Assembly: GCA_021791195.1 (NCBI GenBank)
Contig: JAJYXB010000013.1
Location: 3,697 to 67,696, forward strand
From: Actinomycetes bacterium
GTDB taxonomy: Bacteria > Actinomycetota > Thermoleophilia > BMS3ABIN01
Direction of reading: 5' to 3'
Length of the DNA stretch: 64,000 nucleotides
The notes under the pieces are model-generated. The model was given only the letters and a program-made list of their open reading frames with translations. It made no database searches and was not told where the DNA came from. Of the stretch, positions 27,938 to 37,511 are shown one piece after another. A program made the translations under genes and the position numbers. The stretch's first letter is position 1. Every line of letters starts with the position of its first letter.

Positions 27938-30138
27938 TGCCCGCCGCCGGCACCATGCGCCGGCCGCTGCGGCTTGCCGGACCTGGCGCCCGTGCGGGCC
28001 CTGGCGCTGACGGGCAAAGCGCTGCCCTCGCGCGGGCTCGGGTAGGCGATGCGCGTGGCGCTGAAACCGCGCAGGCTTTTCTCGAACACCTGGCGCACCT
28101 TGTCCAGGTCGCCGAATGTCATCTTGCTCTCGCTCAGCTGCCCATCCCGCAGCCGGTGGTCGAAGATGTCCCGGATGACCGTCTTGATGCTTTTCATGGT
28201 GGGATTCTTCAGCGAACGCACGGCAGCCTCCACCGAATCAGCCAGCATGATAATGGCCGCCTCGCGCGAAGCCGGTTTCTGCCCGGCATAACGGTAAGTC
28301 TCCTCGTCAACCGGCTGCGCCCCGGATGTCTCAATTGCCTTATGGTAAAAATATGCCAGCACAGTCGTGCCGTGATGTTCTTTAATGATGTCAAGGATCT
28401 CAGGCGGCAGGCCCTCATCCCGCGCCAGCCTGACGCCGTCGCGCACGTGCGCGGTGATCGCCAGCTTGGACAGGCCCGGCGTCAACCGGTCATGCGGGTT
28501 CTTGATATGAAACTGGTTCTCGATGAAATAGTCAGGCCGGTTCAGCTTGCCGATGTCGTGATAATAGGCCCCCACCCGCGCCAGCAGCGGATTGGCGCCG
28601 ATGGCCTCCGCCGCCGTCTCGGCGATGTTGCCCATGATGATGCTGTGGTTGTAAGTCCCCGGGGCCTTCATCATCAGTTCCTTCAGCAGCGGCCGTGTCG
28701 GATCGGCCAGCTCCAGCAGTTTCAGCGGCGTCGGCAGGTTAAATACCATCTCGTAGATGGTGATCAGGCCAAGGGTGGCAATCATCGAGAGAAAGCCGTT
28801 GCCCACTCCCCAGGCCAGCGCCGCGCCGGCGCGCGACCAGGAGCTCTGACCGATCTGGCTGGCGCCGATCGCCGTGACCACCACAACCAGCGAGGCGTAG
28901 ACGCCTGCCTTGAGCAGATCGCGCCGCTGCGTGACGTTGGTTACCAGAAATACGCCGGCTATGCCGCCCAGCAGGGCCGTGACGACAAACTGCGGGTCGG
29001 AGCCGCCCACCACGGCCAGGTCGATGCTGGTCAGCACCACCAGAAAAGCTGACAGGCGCGTCTGCAGCATCAGCGTCCCCAGCATCCCCAGCGCCGCCAG
29101 CGGCACAATCAGGGGTGACAGCGGCGCCTCTACCGAAACCCGCGCTATCCCCGTGAACAGCACCAGCAGCGAAGCGACGATGAACATCAGCGAGCGCGAG
29201 CCGCGTACGCGCTGCTCGAAACGGTTGATGTAAAGCGCCAGGATCAGCACCTCGATCAGCGCCAGCAGGCCGATGCCGGCGAGGGTGCCGAATCTGCCGC
29301 CCTGCTGGGCCAGCCCCAGAGCCTGCAACTCGCCGGCGATGTCCTGCGTCACCACCTGCCCCGGCGTGACGATCGTCTCCCCGTTCTGCACGGTGACCTC
29401 GGCAGGCTGGACCGCCGCCGCGGCCCTGTCCTTGGCCGCCTGGGTCTTTTCCGGACTGAGAACGTTGTTCGGTTTCAAATAAGCGCCGCCGACCTCCGCC
29501 GCCGCCGCAAGCTCCGGCGCCGAGAGTGGTCGCGTGCCGAGCACGGATTTGAGCCGGTCCTTGTCATTGGCCAGCGAATCCTGGGTGACGTTGCCTTCCA
29601 GGATCAGCTCCTCGCTGCTCAGCACCGCGCTTTTTACCGCGGCCAGGCGGTCAGGCGGCAGCGACGCCAGCGCCGTCAATGAAGCCTGGCTGATCTGTGG
29701 CAGCCCCGGCAGCGCCTGGATCCCCTTGACCGCCTGCGCCGGGTCGTATGGGGTCCCCGCCGCCTGGGCCGCCGCGCGCTCGCTGGTGACGATGCGCGAG
29801 ACGTTGTCGAAAAAATCGCCTACGTCATGCGTGACGCCGCGCAGCACCGTAGCATCGAAGGTATAAACGTTGGGGACCGCAGCCGCCGCCTGCTGGCGCT
29901 GCCGGTCGGTCTCGGCCTTGTTCTCGAAGGTGAGCGTCCGCGGCGCGCTGATGTAATCCTGCGCGACATCGCCCGCTTTCAGGTCGTACCGGCCCGGCAG
30001 ATAGGCGCTGCCCATCAGCACCCACAAGAGGATGAAGGTGATGCCGGCCAGGGCAATACCGTAGACCTTCAGGTCGATGGCGTTGAAGATGCGGCGCACC
30101 GCAAGGATGGCGCGTCCGAGGCGAGTTGGAGGGTTCAT
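27934..30138 (-). CDS. pgpH: 7TM-HD phosphohydrolase (PgpH-like, putative cyclic-di-AMP phosphodiesterase)
   Basis: Large extracellular domain, multiple TM helices, APGTYNHS, YYHDIGK, HHGT and MLADSVEAA; phoH-pgpH-ybeY order. Confidence 0.85.
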   Translation of the reverse strand: MNPPTRLGRAILAVRRIFNAIDLKVYGIALAGITFILLWVLMGSAYLPGRYDLKAGDVAQDYISAPRTLTFENKAETDRQRQQAAAAVPNVYTFDATVLRGVTHDVGDFFDNVSRIVTSERAAAQAAGTPYDPAQAVKGIQALPGLPQISQASLTALASLPPDRLAAVKSAVLSSEELILEGNVTQDSLANDKDRLKSVLGTRPLSAPELAAAAEVGGAYLKPNNVLSPEKTQAAKDRAAAAVQPAEVTVQNGETIVTPGQVVTQDIAGELQALGLAQQGGRFGTLAGIGLLALIEVLILALYINRFEQRVRGSRSLMFIVASLLVLFTGIARVSVEAPLSPLIVPLAALGMLGTLMLQTRLSAFLVVLTSIDLAVVGGSDPQFVVTALLGGIAGVFLVTNVTQRRDLLKAGVYASLVVVVTAIGASQIGQSSWSRAGAALAWGVGNGFLSMIATLGLITIYEMVFNLPTPLKLLELADPTRPLLKELMMKAPGTYNHSIIMGNIAETAAEAIGANPLLARVGAYYHDIGKLNRPDYFIENQFHIKNPHDRLTPGLSKLAITAHVRDGVRLARDEGLPPEILDIIKEHHGTTVLAYFYHKAIETSGAQPVDEETYRYAGQKPASREAAIIMLADSVEAAVRSLKNPTMKSIKTVIRDIFDHRLRDGQLSESKMTFGDLDKVRQVFEKSLRGFSATRIAYPSPREGSALPVSARARTGARSGKPQRPAHGAGGGQ

Positions 30139-30156
30139 GAATTAGCCGCCGTTCCG

Positions 30157-31110
30157 CTAGCGCTGCATTCCCGAATAGTTCTTGTAAGCCGCCACGATCT
30201 TCTGCACCAGTTTATGGCGCACGACATCCTTGCTTTCGAAGTTGATGAAAGCGATATCGGCGACTTCCCCGAGGATGTCAACCACCGTAGCCAGACCGGA
30301 GAAACGGATGTCCGGCAGGTCAACCTGGGTAATGTCGCCGGTGACGACCATCCTGGAGGCAAACCCGAGACGGGTGAGGAACATCTTCATCTGCTCGGGA
30401 CTGGTATTCTGCGCCTCGTCCAGGATGATGAAGGAATCGTTGAGCGTGCGCCCGCGCATGAACGCCAGCGGCGCCACCTCGATCGCGCCCTTCTCCATCA
30501 GCGAAGTGAGCCGGTCCGGTTCGATCATGTCGTAGAGCGCATCGAACAGCGGCCGCAGATAGGGATCGACCTTCTCCAGCATCGTCCCGGGCAGAAAGCC
30601 GATCTTCTCGCCCGCCTCCACCGCCGGCCGCGTCAGGATGATGCGGTTCACCTTCTTGCTGAGCAGCTCGCTTACCGCCATCGCCAGCGCCAGATAGGTC
30701 TTGCCGGTACCCGCCGGGCCGATGCCGAAGGTGATGCTGTGGCCCCGGATCGAGTCGATATATTTTTTCTGATTGATCGTCTTGGGTACGATGCGGCGGC
30801 CGCGGTGCTCCCAGACAACCTCGCTGTAGATCTCCGACGGCCGGCCCGCGCCGCCGTCCTCGGCCATCATCGAGCCGACCGAAGCCACGGTCTCGCCGTT
30901 GATCTCGTGCCCGGCCGCGATCAGCTCCACCAGCTCTTCGATCACGGCGCGGCCGCGCTCCACCCCGGCGTCATCGCCCTGCAGCGTGATGACGTTGCCA
31001 CGGATGCCGATATCGCAAGGCAGCCGGTCTTCCAGCTGCTTCAGGGTGGCGTCGTGTTCGCCCGCCAGCTCGGCGACGATAGTGTTTTCGTATTCCAGTG
31101 TTGTTCTCAT
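30157..31110 (-). CDS. phoH: PhoH family ATPase
   Basis: GPAGTGKT, RPAVEAGE, PLAFMRGRT, DEAQN and GD.TQ.DL. Confidence 0.96.
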   Translation of the reverse strand: MRTTLEYENTIVAELAGEHDATLKQLEDRLPCDIGIRGNVITLQGDDAGVERGRAVIEELVELIAAGHEINGETVASVGSMMAEDGGAGRPSEIYSEVVWEHRGRRIVPKTINQKKYIDSIRGHSITFGIGPAGTGKTYLALAMAVSELLSKKVNRIILTRPAVEAGEKIGFLPGTMLEKVDPYLRPLFDALYDMIEPDRLTSLMEKGAIEVAPLAFMRGRTLNDSFIILDEAQNTSPEQMKMFLTRLGFASRMVVTGDITQVDLPDIRFSGLATVVDILGEVADIAFINFESKDVVRHKLVQKIVAAYKNYSGMQR

Positions 31111-31153
31111 CCAAGACGATCTCTTAAGCGCCGGCCGACCAAACGCCGGCTGA

Positions 31154-31600
31154 CTATTGCAACCGCTCCCGCACCATGCCGCTGACAGTTTTTCCGTCAG
31201 CGCGTCCGCCCGCCCTGGCCATTACGGCCGACATCACCCTGCCCGTGTCCTTCGGACCGGCGGCGCCGGTCTCGGTGATGGCCGTATCGACCAGTGCCCG
31301 CAGCTCTTCTTCGCCCATCTCCAGCGGCAGATAAGTCTCGATCAGCCCGGCCTCGGCTTCCTCCTTGAGGGCCCGGTCCTCGCGGCCACCCGCGCGGAAA
31401 GCCTCGGCGGCCTGCAGCCGGCGCTTCTTTTCTTTCCTCAGCACGGCGGTCTCCTGCTGCTCGGTGAAAGGCCCGCCGGCCTCTTTGGCGCCCATCCTGA
31501 GCTCGCTGACGAGCATGCGCAGCGCCGCCAGACGCTCGCGGTCACGCGCCTTCATCGCTGCCACCATATCATTTTGCACCTTTTCGGTGATGCCCGCCAT
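31154..31600 (-). CDS. GatB/YqeY domain protein
   Basis: AMKA.D, K.R..A..F..GGR, E...I..YLP and ADGK. Confidence 0.92.
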   Translation of the reverse strand: MAGITEKVQNDMVAAMKARDRERLAALRMLVSELRMGAKEAGGPFTEQQETAVLRKEKKRRLQAAEAFRAGGREDRALKEEAEAGLIETYLPLEMGEEELRALVDTAITETGAAGPKDTGRVMSAVMARAGGRADGKTVSGMVRERLQ

Positions 31601-31944
31601 CAGAACCCCAGCGACTTTCCGGCGATCAGATGCCAGTGCAGATGCATGACCTCCTGGCCGCCGCCCTTGCCGATATTGGTGATCACGCGGTAACCGGAGT
31701 CCGCCACCTCCAGCTTCACGGCGGCGGCGACGATGAACTCCAGCATCCCCAGGCAGGATTCCGGCGTCAGCTGTGAGATCTCGTTCAGCGACGGGATGTG
31801 CTGCTTCGGCATCACCAGTACGTGCACCGGCGCCTTGGGGAACGCGTCACGGATGGCGATGAACCGGTCATCCTCCATCACCTTTTCGGATGGGATCTCT
31901 CCCGCGATGATGCGGCAGAATATGCAATCGTCGTTTTCGCTCAA
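31600..31944 (-). CDS. HIT (histidine triad) nucleotide-binding protein
   Basis: CIFC.I..GEIP, H.LV.PK.H and HLHWH. Confidence 0.95.
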   Translation of the reverse strand: MSENDDCIFCRIIAGEIPSEKVMEDDRFIAIRDAFPKAPVHVLVMPKQHIPSLNEISQLTPESCLGMLEFIVAAAVKLEVADSGYRVITNIGKGGGQEVMHLHWHLIAGKSLGF

Positions 31945-33203
31945 CCTTTGCCTCCTGATCCGGCATCAGCCGCCGTTTCGGCGCTGACTATTTTTCCCAT
32001 AATCATCTCTCCGGAAACGGATTCGGCCAGGACAGGAGCAAGCACGGCGCCAGTTTGTCCATCGGCCACAAATCTGGTGTAATCGGAGCTGTAACCGCTC
32101 ATCTGCCCCGGCCCCTTTCCGGACTCAAACAGGATTTCGCTCACCCGGCCGACTTTCCTTTGCCTGTGAGCCTGCCCCAGACGCCCGGACAGCTCGCGCA
32201 GGGCGCGGCTGCGCCGCTGCTTTTCCGCCGCGGGCACGGTGTCGTCCAGCACCGCCGCCTTCGTCCCCGGGCGCGAAGAATAGGTGAAGACATGCACTTT
32301 GGAGAACCCTGTCTCCTCCACGAACGCCAGCGTGCGCTCAAAGGCGCCCCGGTCCTCGGCGGGATAACCGGTGATGACATCCGTGGTCAGGTTTACTCCC
32401 GGCAGCGCCGCCCGCGCCGCCGCCACGGTACCGGCGAACTGCGCCGCGGTATAGCGCCGGCCCATCGCCGCCAGGACGCCGTCATCGCCGCTTTGCAGCG
32501 GCAGGTGCAGATGCCTGCCCACCGCGTCGCTGGCTGACATCGCCTCCAGCAGCGCTGGCGTGACATCCGTGACCTCGATCGAGCTCAGGCGCAGCCGCAT
32601 CAGCCCCGGCGTCTTCAGCAGCTGCCGGATCAACTCCGGCAGCGCCGCTCCCCGGTCGTTCCAGGCACCGAGGTTGATGCCGCTGAGCACGAGTTCCGGA
32701 AAGCCCTCGCGCACCCGGCAGTCCGCCTCTTCGAGCAAAAAGTCAAGCGGCACGCTGCGCGGCCTGCCGCGCACCAGCGGTACTACACAGTAAGCGCACA
32801 TGTTGGCGCAGCCGTCCTGGATCTTGAGAAAGAACCGCGTCCGCCCGGAAGCACCCGCGCGGCTTTCGGCGGCTGCGACGCGCCCGCCTGCCGCCGGCCC
32901 AGTAGCCTGATCGCCGCCCAGCACCTCGACCTGCCCGCCCAGGCGGCGGAAACTCTCAGGAGCCAGTCTGGCCGCGCAGCCGGTGACGAGCACCCGGCCG
33001 GCCGGCCCCACGCGGGCCAGCGCGCGCCGCACTTCCTTGCGCGACTGTTTCTCGGCCTCGGCGGTGACGCAGCAGGTGCCTACCAGTTCCACCGGCGCTT
33101 CCTTCCCCGGCCCCTGCCCCCGTTCCAGCTCGAGCCTGCCGGCGACCGCATGCGTATCGGCGAAATTGACTTTGCAACCGAGCGCGCGTACATCCATCTT
33201 CAC
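31941..33203 (-). CDS. mtaB: tRNA methylthiotransferase MtaB
   Basis: LGCKVN, TC.VT, KIQDGCANMCAYC and HLHLPLQSG. Probable GTG start at 33203. Confidence 0.88.
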   Translation of the reverse strand: MKMDVRALGCKVNFADTHAVAGRLELERGQGPGKEAPVELVGTCCVTAEAEKQSRKEVRRALARVGPAGRVLVTGCAARLAPESFRRLGGQVEVLGGDQATGPAAGGRVAAAESRAGASGRTRFFLKIQDGCANMCAYCVVPLVRGRPRSVPLDFLLEEADCRVREGFPELVLSGINLGAWNDRGAALPELIRQLLKTPGLMRLRLSSIEVTDVTPALLEAMSASDAVGRHLHLPLQSGDDGVLAAMGRRYTAAQFAGTVAAARAALPGVNLTTDVITGYPAEDRGAFERTLAFVEETGFSKVHVFTYSSRPGTKAAVLDDTVPAAEKQRRSRALRELSGRLGQAHRQRKVGRVSEILFESGKGPGQMSGYSSDYTRFVADGQTGAVLAPVLAESVSGEMIMGKIVSAETAADAGSGGKG

Positions 33204-33207
33204 ACCA

Positions 33208-33936
33208 TCACCCCAGGCTGCCGAAGCGGTTGAGGATGATCGCCGCCCCCACCAGCGCGGCGGTCTCGGTTCGCAGCAGCTGGCTGCCCAGCGAGGCGAA
33301 GACGGCGCCGGCCGCCCGCAACGCATCGATCTCAGCGGCGGCGAAACCCGCCTCCGGCCCCACCACCAGCGCCAGCCCTGGCGACACCCGCTCCAGCGCC
33401 GCGCTCAGCGGAGCGGCAGACGTCTCGGTAGCGAGCGCTATCACGGGGCCAGCGAATCCGTTCAGCCATGCATTCATTTCTACCGGAACATCAACCTGCA
33501 TCGGCAAGGCGCGCCGCGACTGCCCTGCCGCCGCCCGCGCGATCCGCCGCCAGCGCGCCAGTCTCGGCCCGGTGGCACGCGGCTCACGCCGCGCCGAAGA
33601 TTCCGAGTATACCGGTGACAGCCGCGTCACACCGATCTCGCTGAGCTTTTCCACCACCAGATCGAGCTTGCGCCCCCTGGGCAGCGCCTGGACGACGGTC
33701 AGCTCGGCCGTGGCCGCCTCCGTGGCCTCTTCTTCGCCCGCAAGCGCCTCCACCTGCCCGCCCACAGCCGTGATCCGGCCTTGAAAGACGCGCCCGTCGG
33801 CGCCGGCCAGTTCGACCGCGGCCCCCGTTTTCAGCCGCAATACGCGGGCGGCGTGAAAGGCATCGTCCTCCTCCAGGACGACACTCTGGCCGCCGTTTAT
33901 GGGATGGGAGAGGAAAAAACGATGGATATGCTTCAT
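33208..33936 (-). CDS. rsmE: 16S rRNA m3U1498 methyltransferase
   Basis: H..RVLRL, EK..E.G, GPEAGF and LG..LLR.ETA. Confidence 0.95.
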   Translation of the reverse strand: MKHIHRFFLSHPINGGQSVVLEEDDAFHAARVLRLKTGAAVELAGADGRVFQGRITAVGGQVEALAGEEEATEAATAELTVVQALPRGRKLDLVVEKLSEIGVTRLSPVYSESSARREPRATGPRLARWRRIARAAAGQSRRALPMQVDVPVEMNAWLNGFAGPVIALATETSAAPLSAALERVSPGLALVVGPEAGFAAAEIDALRAAGAVFASLGSQLLRTETAALVGAAIILNRFGSLG

Positions 33937-33966
33937 GTCAACCCCCAGCGCCGGGCGCTGCTGCTC

Positions 33967-35097
33967 CTAGCGGAACGCCGCCTTGATCTTCTCGAACAGA
34001 CCCTCGTCGCGGGCGTAGTTCTTTTCGCTGGTAAGTTCGTCGAACTGCTTCAGCAGCTTCTTCTGCTCGCCGCTCAACTCGCGCGGGACCATCACATCCA
34101 TGATCACTTTCAGGTCTCCATGGCCGCGGCCGCGCAGAGACGGCATCCCTTTTCCCTTGAGTACCCGGAGCTCTCCCGGCTGGGTCCCGGGCCTGACCTC
34201 CACCGTTTCATCGCCGGTCAGCGCCGGCACGGCAAGCTTCGCTCCCAGCGCCGCGTCCACCATCGTCAGCGGCAGATGATAGATGAGGTCATTGCCGTCA
34301 CGGATCAGCCGCTCGTGCTCCTTCACCGTCACCTGGACATAAAGATCGCCGGCCCTGCCGCCGCGCTCGCCGGCGCTGCCCTTCCCCATCAGGCGGATGC
34401 TCTGCCCGCTGGCGATCCCGGGCGGGATCTCGACGTTCTCATGCTGGCGCATGACCACAAATCCACGGCCGCGACACTCCTGGCAGGGCGTCTCGATGAC
34501 ACTGCCGGCGCCGCCGCAGTCAGAACACGCGCCTCTCTGGATGAACTGGCCGAACGGGGTCCGCTGCATCCGCTGGACCTGCCCGGAGCCGCCGCAGGCG
34601 GCGCAGGTCCGGCGCTCGGTGCCGGGTGCCGCCCCCGAGCCCTCACAGGCCTTGCAGGATGCCACGGCGTCGAACTCCACCTCCCGGCTGGCGCCGGCGG
34701 CGGCCTCTTCCAGGGTGAGCTCGACAGCGACGGCGATGTCCTGTCCCTTGACCGGACCTGCCTGCCCGCCGCCGAAGAATCCCTGGCCGAAGACGTCGCC
34801 GAAAACAGAATCGCCGAAGAATGAGCGGATGATGTCCTCGAAGGAAACCTGCGAAAAATCGGTGAAGCCGCCCCGCTTCAGGCCTTCATGCCCGTAGCGG
34901 TCGTACGTCGCCCGCGTCTCCGGGTTGCTGAGCGCTTCATACGCCTCGGCCGCCTCCTTGAACTTGGCCTCCGCCTCAGGGTCGTTTGCGTTGACATCAG
35001 GGTGAATCTTGCGGGCCAGCGCCCGGAACGCTTTTTTGATCTCGCGCTCATTCGCGGTGCGTGGCACCCCGAGTACTTCGTAATAATCACGTTTCAT
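33967..35097 (-). CDS. dnaJ: Chaperone DnaJ
   Basis: DYYEVLGV, HPD, G/F region and four CxxCxGxG repeats. Confidence 0.98.
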   Translation of the reverse strand: MKRDYYEVLGVPRTANEREIKKAFRALARKIHPDVNANDPEAEAKFKEAAEAYEALSNPETRATYDRYGHEGLKRGGFTDFSQVSFEDIIRSFFGDSVFGDVFGQGFFGGGQAGPVKGQDIAVAVELTLEEAAAGASREVEFDAVASCKACEGSGAAPGTERRTCAACGGSGQVQRMQRTPFGQFIQRGACSDCGGAGSVIETPCQECRGRGFVVMRQHENVEIPPGIASGQSIRLMGKGSAGERGGRAGDLYVQVTVKEHERLIRDGNDLIYHLPLTMVDAALGAKLAVPALTGDETVEVRPGTQPGELRVLKGKGMPSLRGRGHGDLKVIMDVMVPRELSGEQKKLLKQFDELTSEKNYARDEGLFEKIKAAFR

Positions 35098-35200
35098 CTA
35101 TAAATCCACTTCTTTCTCGATTGTCCGCCAAATACATAAAGACGCTGCAGGCAACGTCTCCCCGGGAATCGTCCGCCGCGCCACCGCGGCCGGCGCGATC

Positions 35201-36223
35201 TTAATTATAGATCTCTTCCACGTAACGGCTGAGCGACCTGGCCGTTCCTTCCACATTATTGATCACATTCCCGTAATCCATCCGCGTCGGCCCCAGGACA
35301 CCGACGGTCCCGAGATTGCGGTGACCGAGCCCGTAGTTGGCCGCCACCAGGCTCAGGTCCCTGAAAGCCGCGGCCGGCATTTCCCGGCCGATGAGCAGGT
35401 ATACCCGCCGCTCCATCAACGCCGAACGCAGCAGCCGCAGAATCTCTTCCTGCCGGTCGAGCAGTCCCATCAGGTGACCGATCTGCTCGGCGTGGCCCTG
35501 CTCCAGACGGGCAAAAAATCCGGAGACGCCGTCCAGATACAGGCTGCCGAGCCCATTGTCAGGCAAAGTGGTAAACGCCGGTGCAATCGCCAGCAGGAAG
35601 GCGGATTCAGATGCCGACAGACGCGCCCCCTCCAGGTGCAGCCGCAGCCGGCGGCTGCCAAGATCGACATTGCGCAGGCACTCGTTCAGATAGCCTCCCG
35701 CCCAGTCGACCAGGCCCGGATCCACCGGCGCGTCGAACATGAAAAGCTTTTTGGCGATGCCGCCCGAGGCGGTGATCGCTACGACCATCACCATATTCTC
35801 GTGCAGCCGGAGCACCTCGACATGCTTGATGGCCACGTAATCCTGTGACGGCGCCGACACCAGCGCCAGCAACCCGGTCGATTCCGCCAGCACGCTGGCC
35901 GAACGCTGCAGCGCCTCCTCAATCTCGGCGCCCAGATCATCCGGCTCCGCCGGCTGCCGCCTGCGCCGGCCTTCCTGAAAAAAGTGGTCGACATAGTAGC
36001 GGTAGCCCTTGTCGGTAGGCACCCTGCCCGCCGAAGTGTGGGGATGGTCGAGATAACCCAGCGCCTCCAGCCGGGCCAGCTCCGCCCGGATGGTCGAAGC
36101 AGAGACCCCGAAATCGCCCGAGCTGCACAAGCATTTCGAGCCTGCCGGCCGGCCGCAGGCGATGTGGTACTCGACCACGGCGATCATGATTTTTTCCAGT
36201 CTTGGTGTCAGCATACTCGACAT
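35201..36223 (-). CDS. hrcA: Heat-inducible transcription repressor HrcA
   Basis: SASTIR, HPHTSAGRVPTDKGYRYYVD and GVLGPTRMDY. Confidence 0.96.
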   Translation of the reverse strand: MSSMLTPRLEKIMIAVVEYHIACGRPAGSKCLCSSGDFGVSASTIRAELARLEALGYLDHPHTSAGRVPTDKGYRYYVDHFFQEGRRRRQPAEPDDLGAEIEEALQRSASVLAESTGLLALVSAPSQDYVAIKHVEVLRLHENMVMVVAITASGGIAKKLFMFDAPVDPGLVDWAGGYLNECLRNVDLGSRRLRLHLEGARLSASESAFLLAIAPAFTTLPDNGLGSLYLDGVSGFFARLEQGHAEQIGHLMGLLDRQEEILRLLRSALMERRVYLLIGREMPAAAFRDLSLVAANYGLGHRNLGTVGVLGPTRMDYGNVINNVEGTARSLSRYVEEIYN

Positions 36224-36235
36224 CGATCCATCCTG

Positions 36236-37390
36236 TTACGTCCCCGGGCCGCCACAGCCGGCGCGCTCCGCCGGCCGCCGCGGTTCCTCGATATTCCGCA
36301 AAAGGCGCGCACAGACTTCGTTGGCGACGAAGCGTCCGGCGCGCGTCAAACATATTTTATCACTGCCGGTCATGATGAATCCATTTCGGTGCAGGCTCTT
36401 TTCCTGCTCCAGATCGACCACAGCGGCAATTTCGCCGCGATCAGCGCCATGATCGCACCGCAAACCAAGCATCGCCCGCTCCCACAGCTTCAGCTCCGCC
36501 GTCAGATCCTCCGTCCTGCGAACATCTACAAACTTGCCGGTCCGGCCGATGTACCGCTCGAGATCGGGGATGTTTTGCCACCGCTTAAGTCCCACCGTAC
36601 TCCAGGCGCCGGCGCCCAGTCCGAGATAATCGGCCCCCGCCCAGTACCCGAGATTATGGCGGCACTCCCGGCCAGGCAAGGCAAAGTTGCTGGTCTCGTA
36701 CCAGCGGTATCCGGCAGCCTCGAGGATATCGACGACAATCTCGTAAAAATGGTCGCTTTCCGCGCCGGCCGCCTTCAGTTTGGCCTCCCAGCGCCGGGCG
36801 TACCCGCTGCCCGGCCTGATGGACAGTTCATAGCAGGAAAGATGATCCGGCTCAAGAGACAGCGCCGCGGCCAGGTCCTTTTCCAGCCCTGCCCGCGTCT
36901 GCCCGGGGATGCCGAAGATGAGATCCAGAGAGACGTTACCGTGCCCGGCCGCGCGGAGCGTCTTCATGGCCCTGGCGGCCTGCCCGGCGTCACCGGAGCG
37001 CTCCAGGTTCCGCCGCAAGCGCTCACTGAAACTCTGCACTCCCAGCGATATCCGCGTCGCCCCCGCGGCCAGCAGGGAGCCGGCCAGCGCCGGCGTCACC
37101 GTCTCCGGATTGGCCTCCACACTGATCTCGGCCTCCGCCGCGCACCGCCGCCGGACAGCCGCCAGCAGCCTGGCGAGCGGCCGCGCTCCGATGCGGGTAG
37201 GCGTGCCGCCGCCCAGATAGACGCTTTGCAGCGGCGCCATCAAGTCCGCGGCTTCCTCCAGCTCCGCGAGCAGCGATTCCAGGTATGCGGGCGCCCGCGC
37301 TTCCTTCCCGGACGTGGAATAAAAATCACAGTAACCGCAGCGGCGCGCGCAAAAAGGCAGGTGGATATATAAGTGAGCTACTCCGGACAT
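36236..37390 (-). CDS. hemW: Radical SAM heme chaperone HemW (HemN-like)
   Basis: LYIHLPFCARRCGYCDF, GGGTP, EANP, RISLGVQSF and YETSN...HN..YW. Confidence 0.93.
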   Translation of the reverse strand: MSGVAHLYIHLPFCARRCGYCDFYSTSGKEARAPAYLESLLAELEEAADLMAPLQSVYLGGGTPTRIGARPLARLLAAVRRRCAAEAEISVEANPETVTPALAGSLLAAGATRISLGVQSFSERLRRNLERSGDAGQAARAMKTLRAAGHGNVSLDLIFGIPGQTRAGLEKDLAAALSLEPDHLSCYELSIRPGSGYARRWEAKLKAAGAESDHFYEIVVDILEAAGYRWYETSNFALPGRECRHNLGYWAGADYLGLGAGAWSTVGLKRWQNIPDLERYIGRTGKFVDVRRTEDLTAELKLWERAMLGLRCDHGADRGEIAAVVDLEQEKSLHRNGFIMTGSDKICLTRAGRFVANEVCARLLRNIEEPRRPAERAGCGGPGT

Positions 37391-37511
37391 GACCCTGATG
37401 CTATCTGTTTGAGATTCAGCTTATATGCTATCATTGCAGGAAGCTTGTAGTCAGGCGTTCCCGAGTCAGGCGAGTGGCAATCAAGTCCCGTTAAATGATA
37501 TCGATTATCAA

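Noticed and set aside
562-37372. Many long plus-strand ORFs (for example 562-2295, 2681-4099, 8416-9885, 29827-31185, 35984-37372)
   Set aside because: Antisense shadows of well-supported minus-strand genes in GC-rich DNA; no recognisable motifs.
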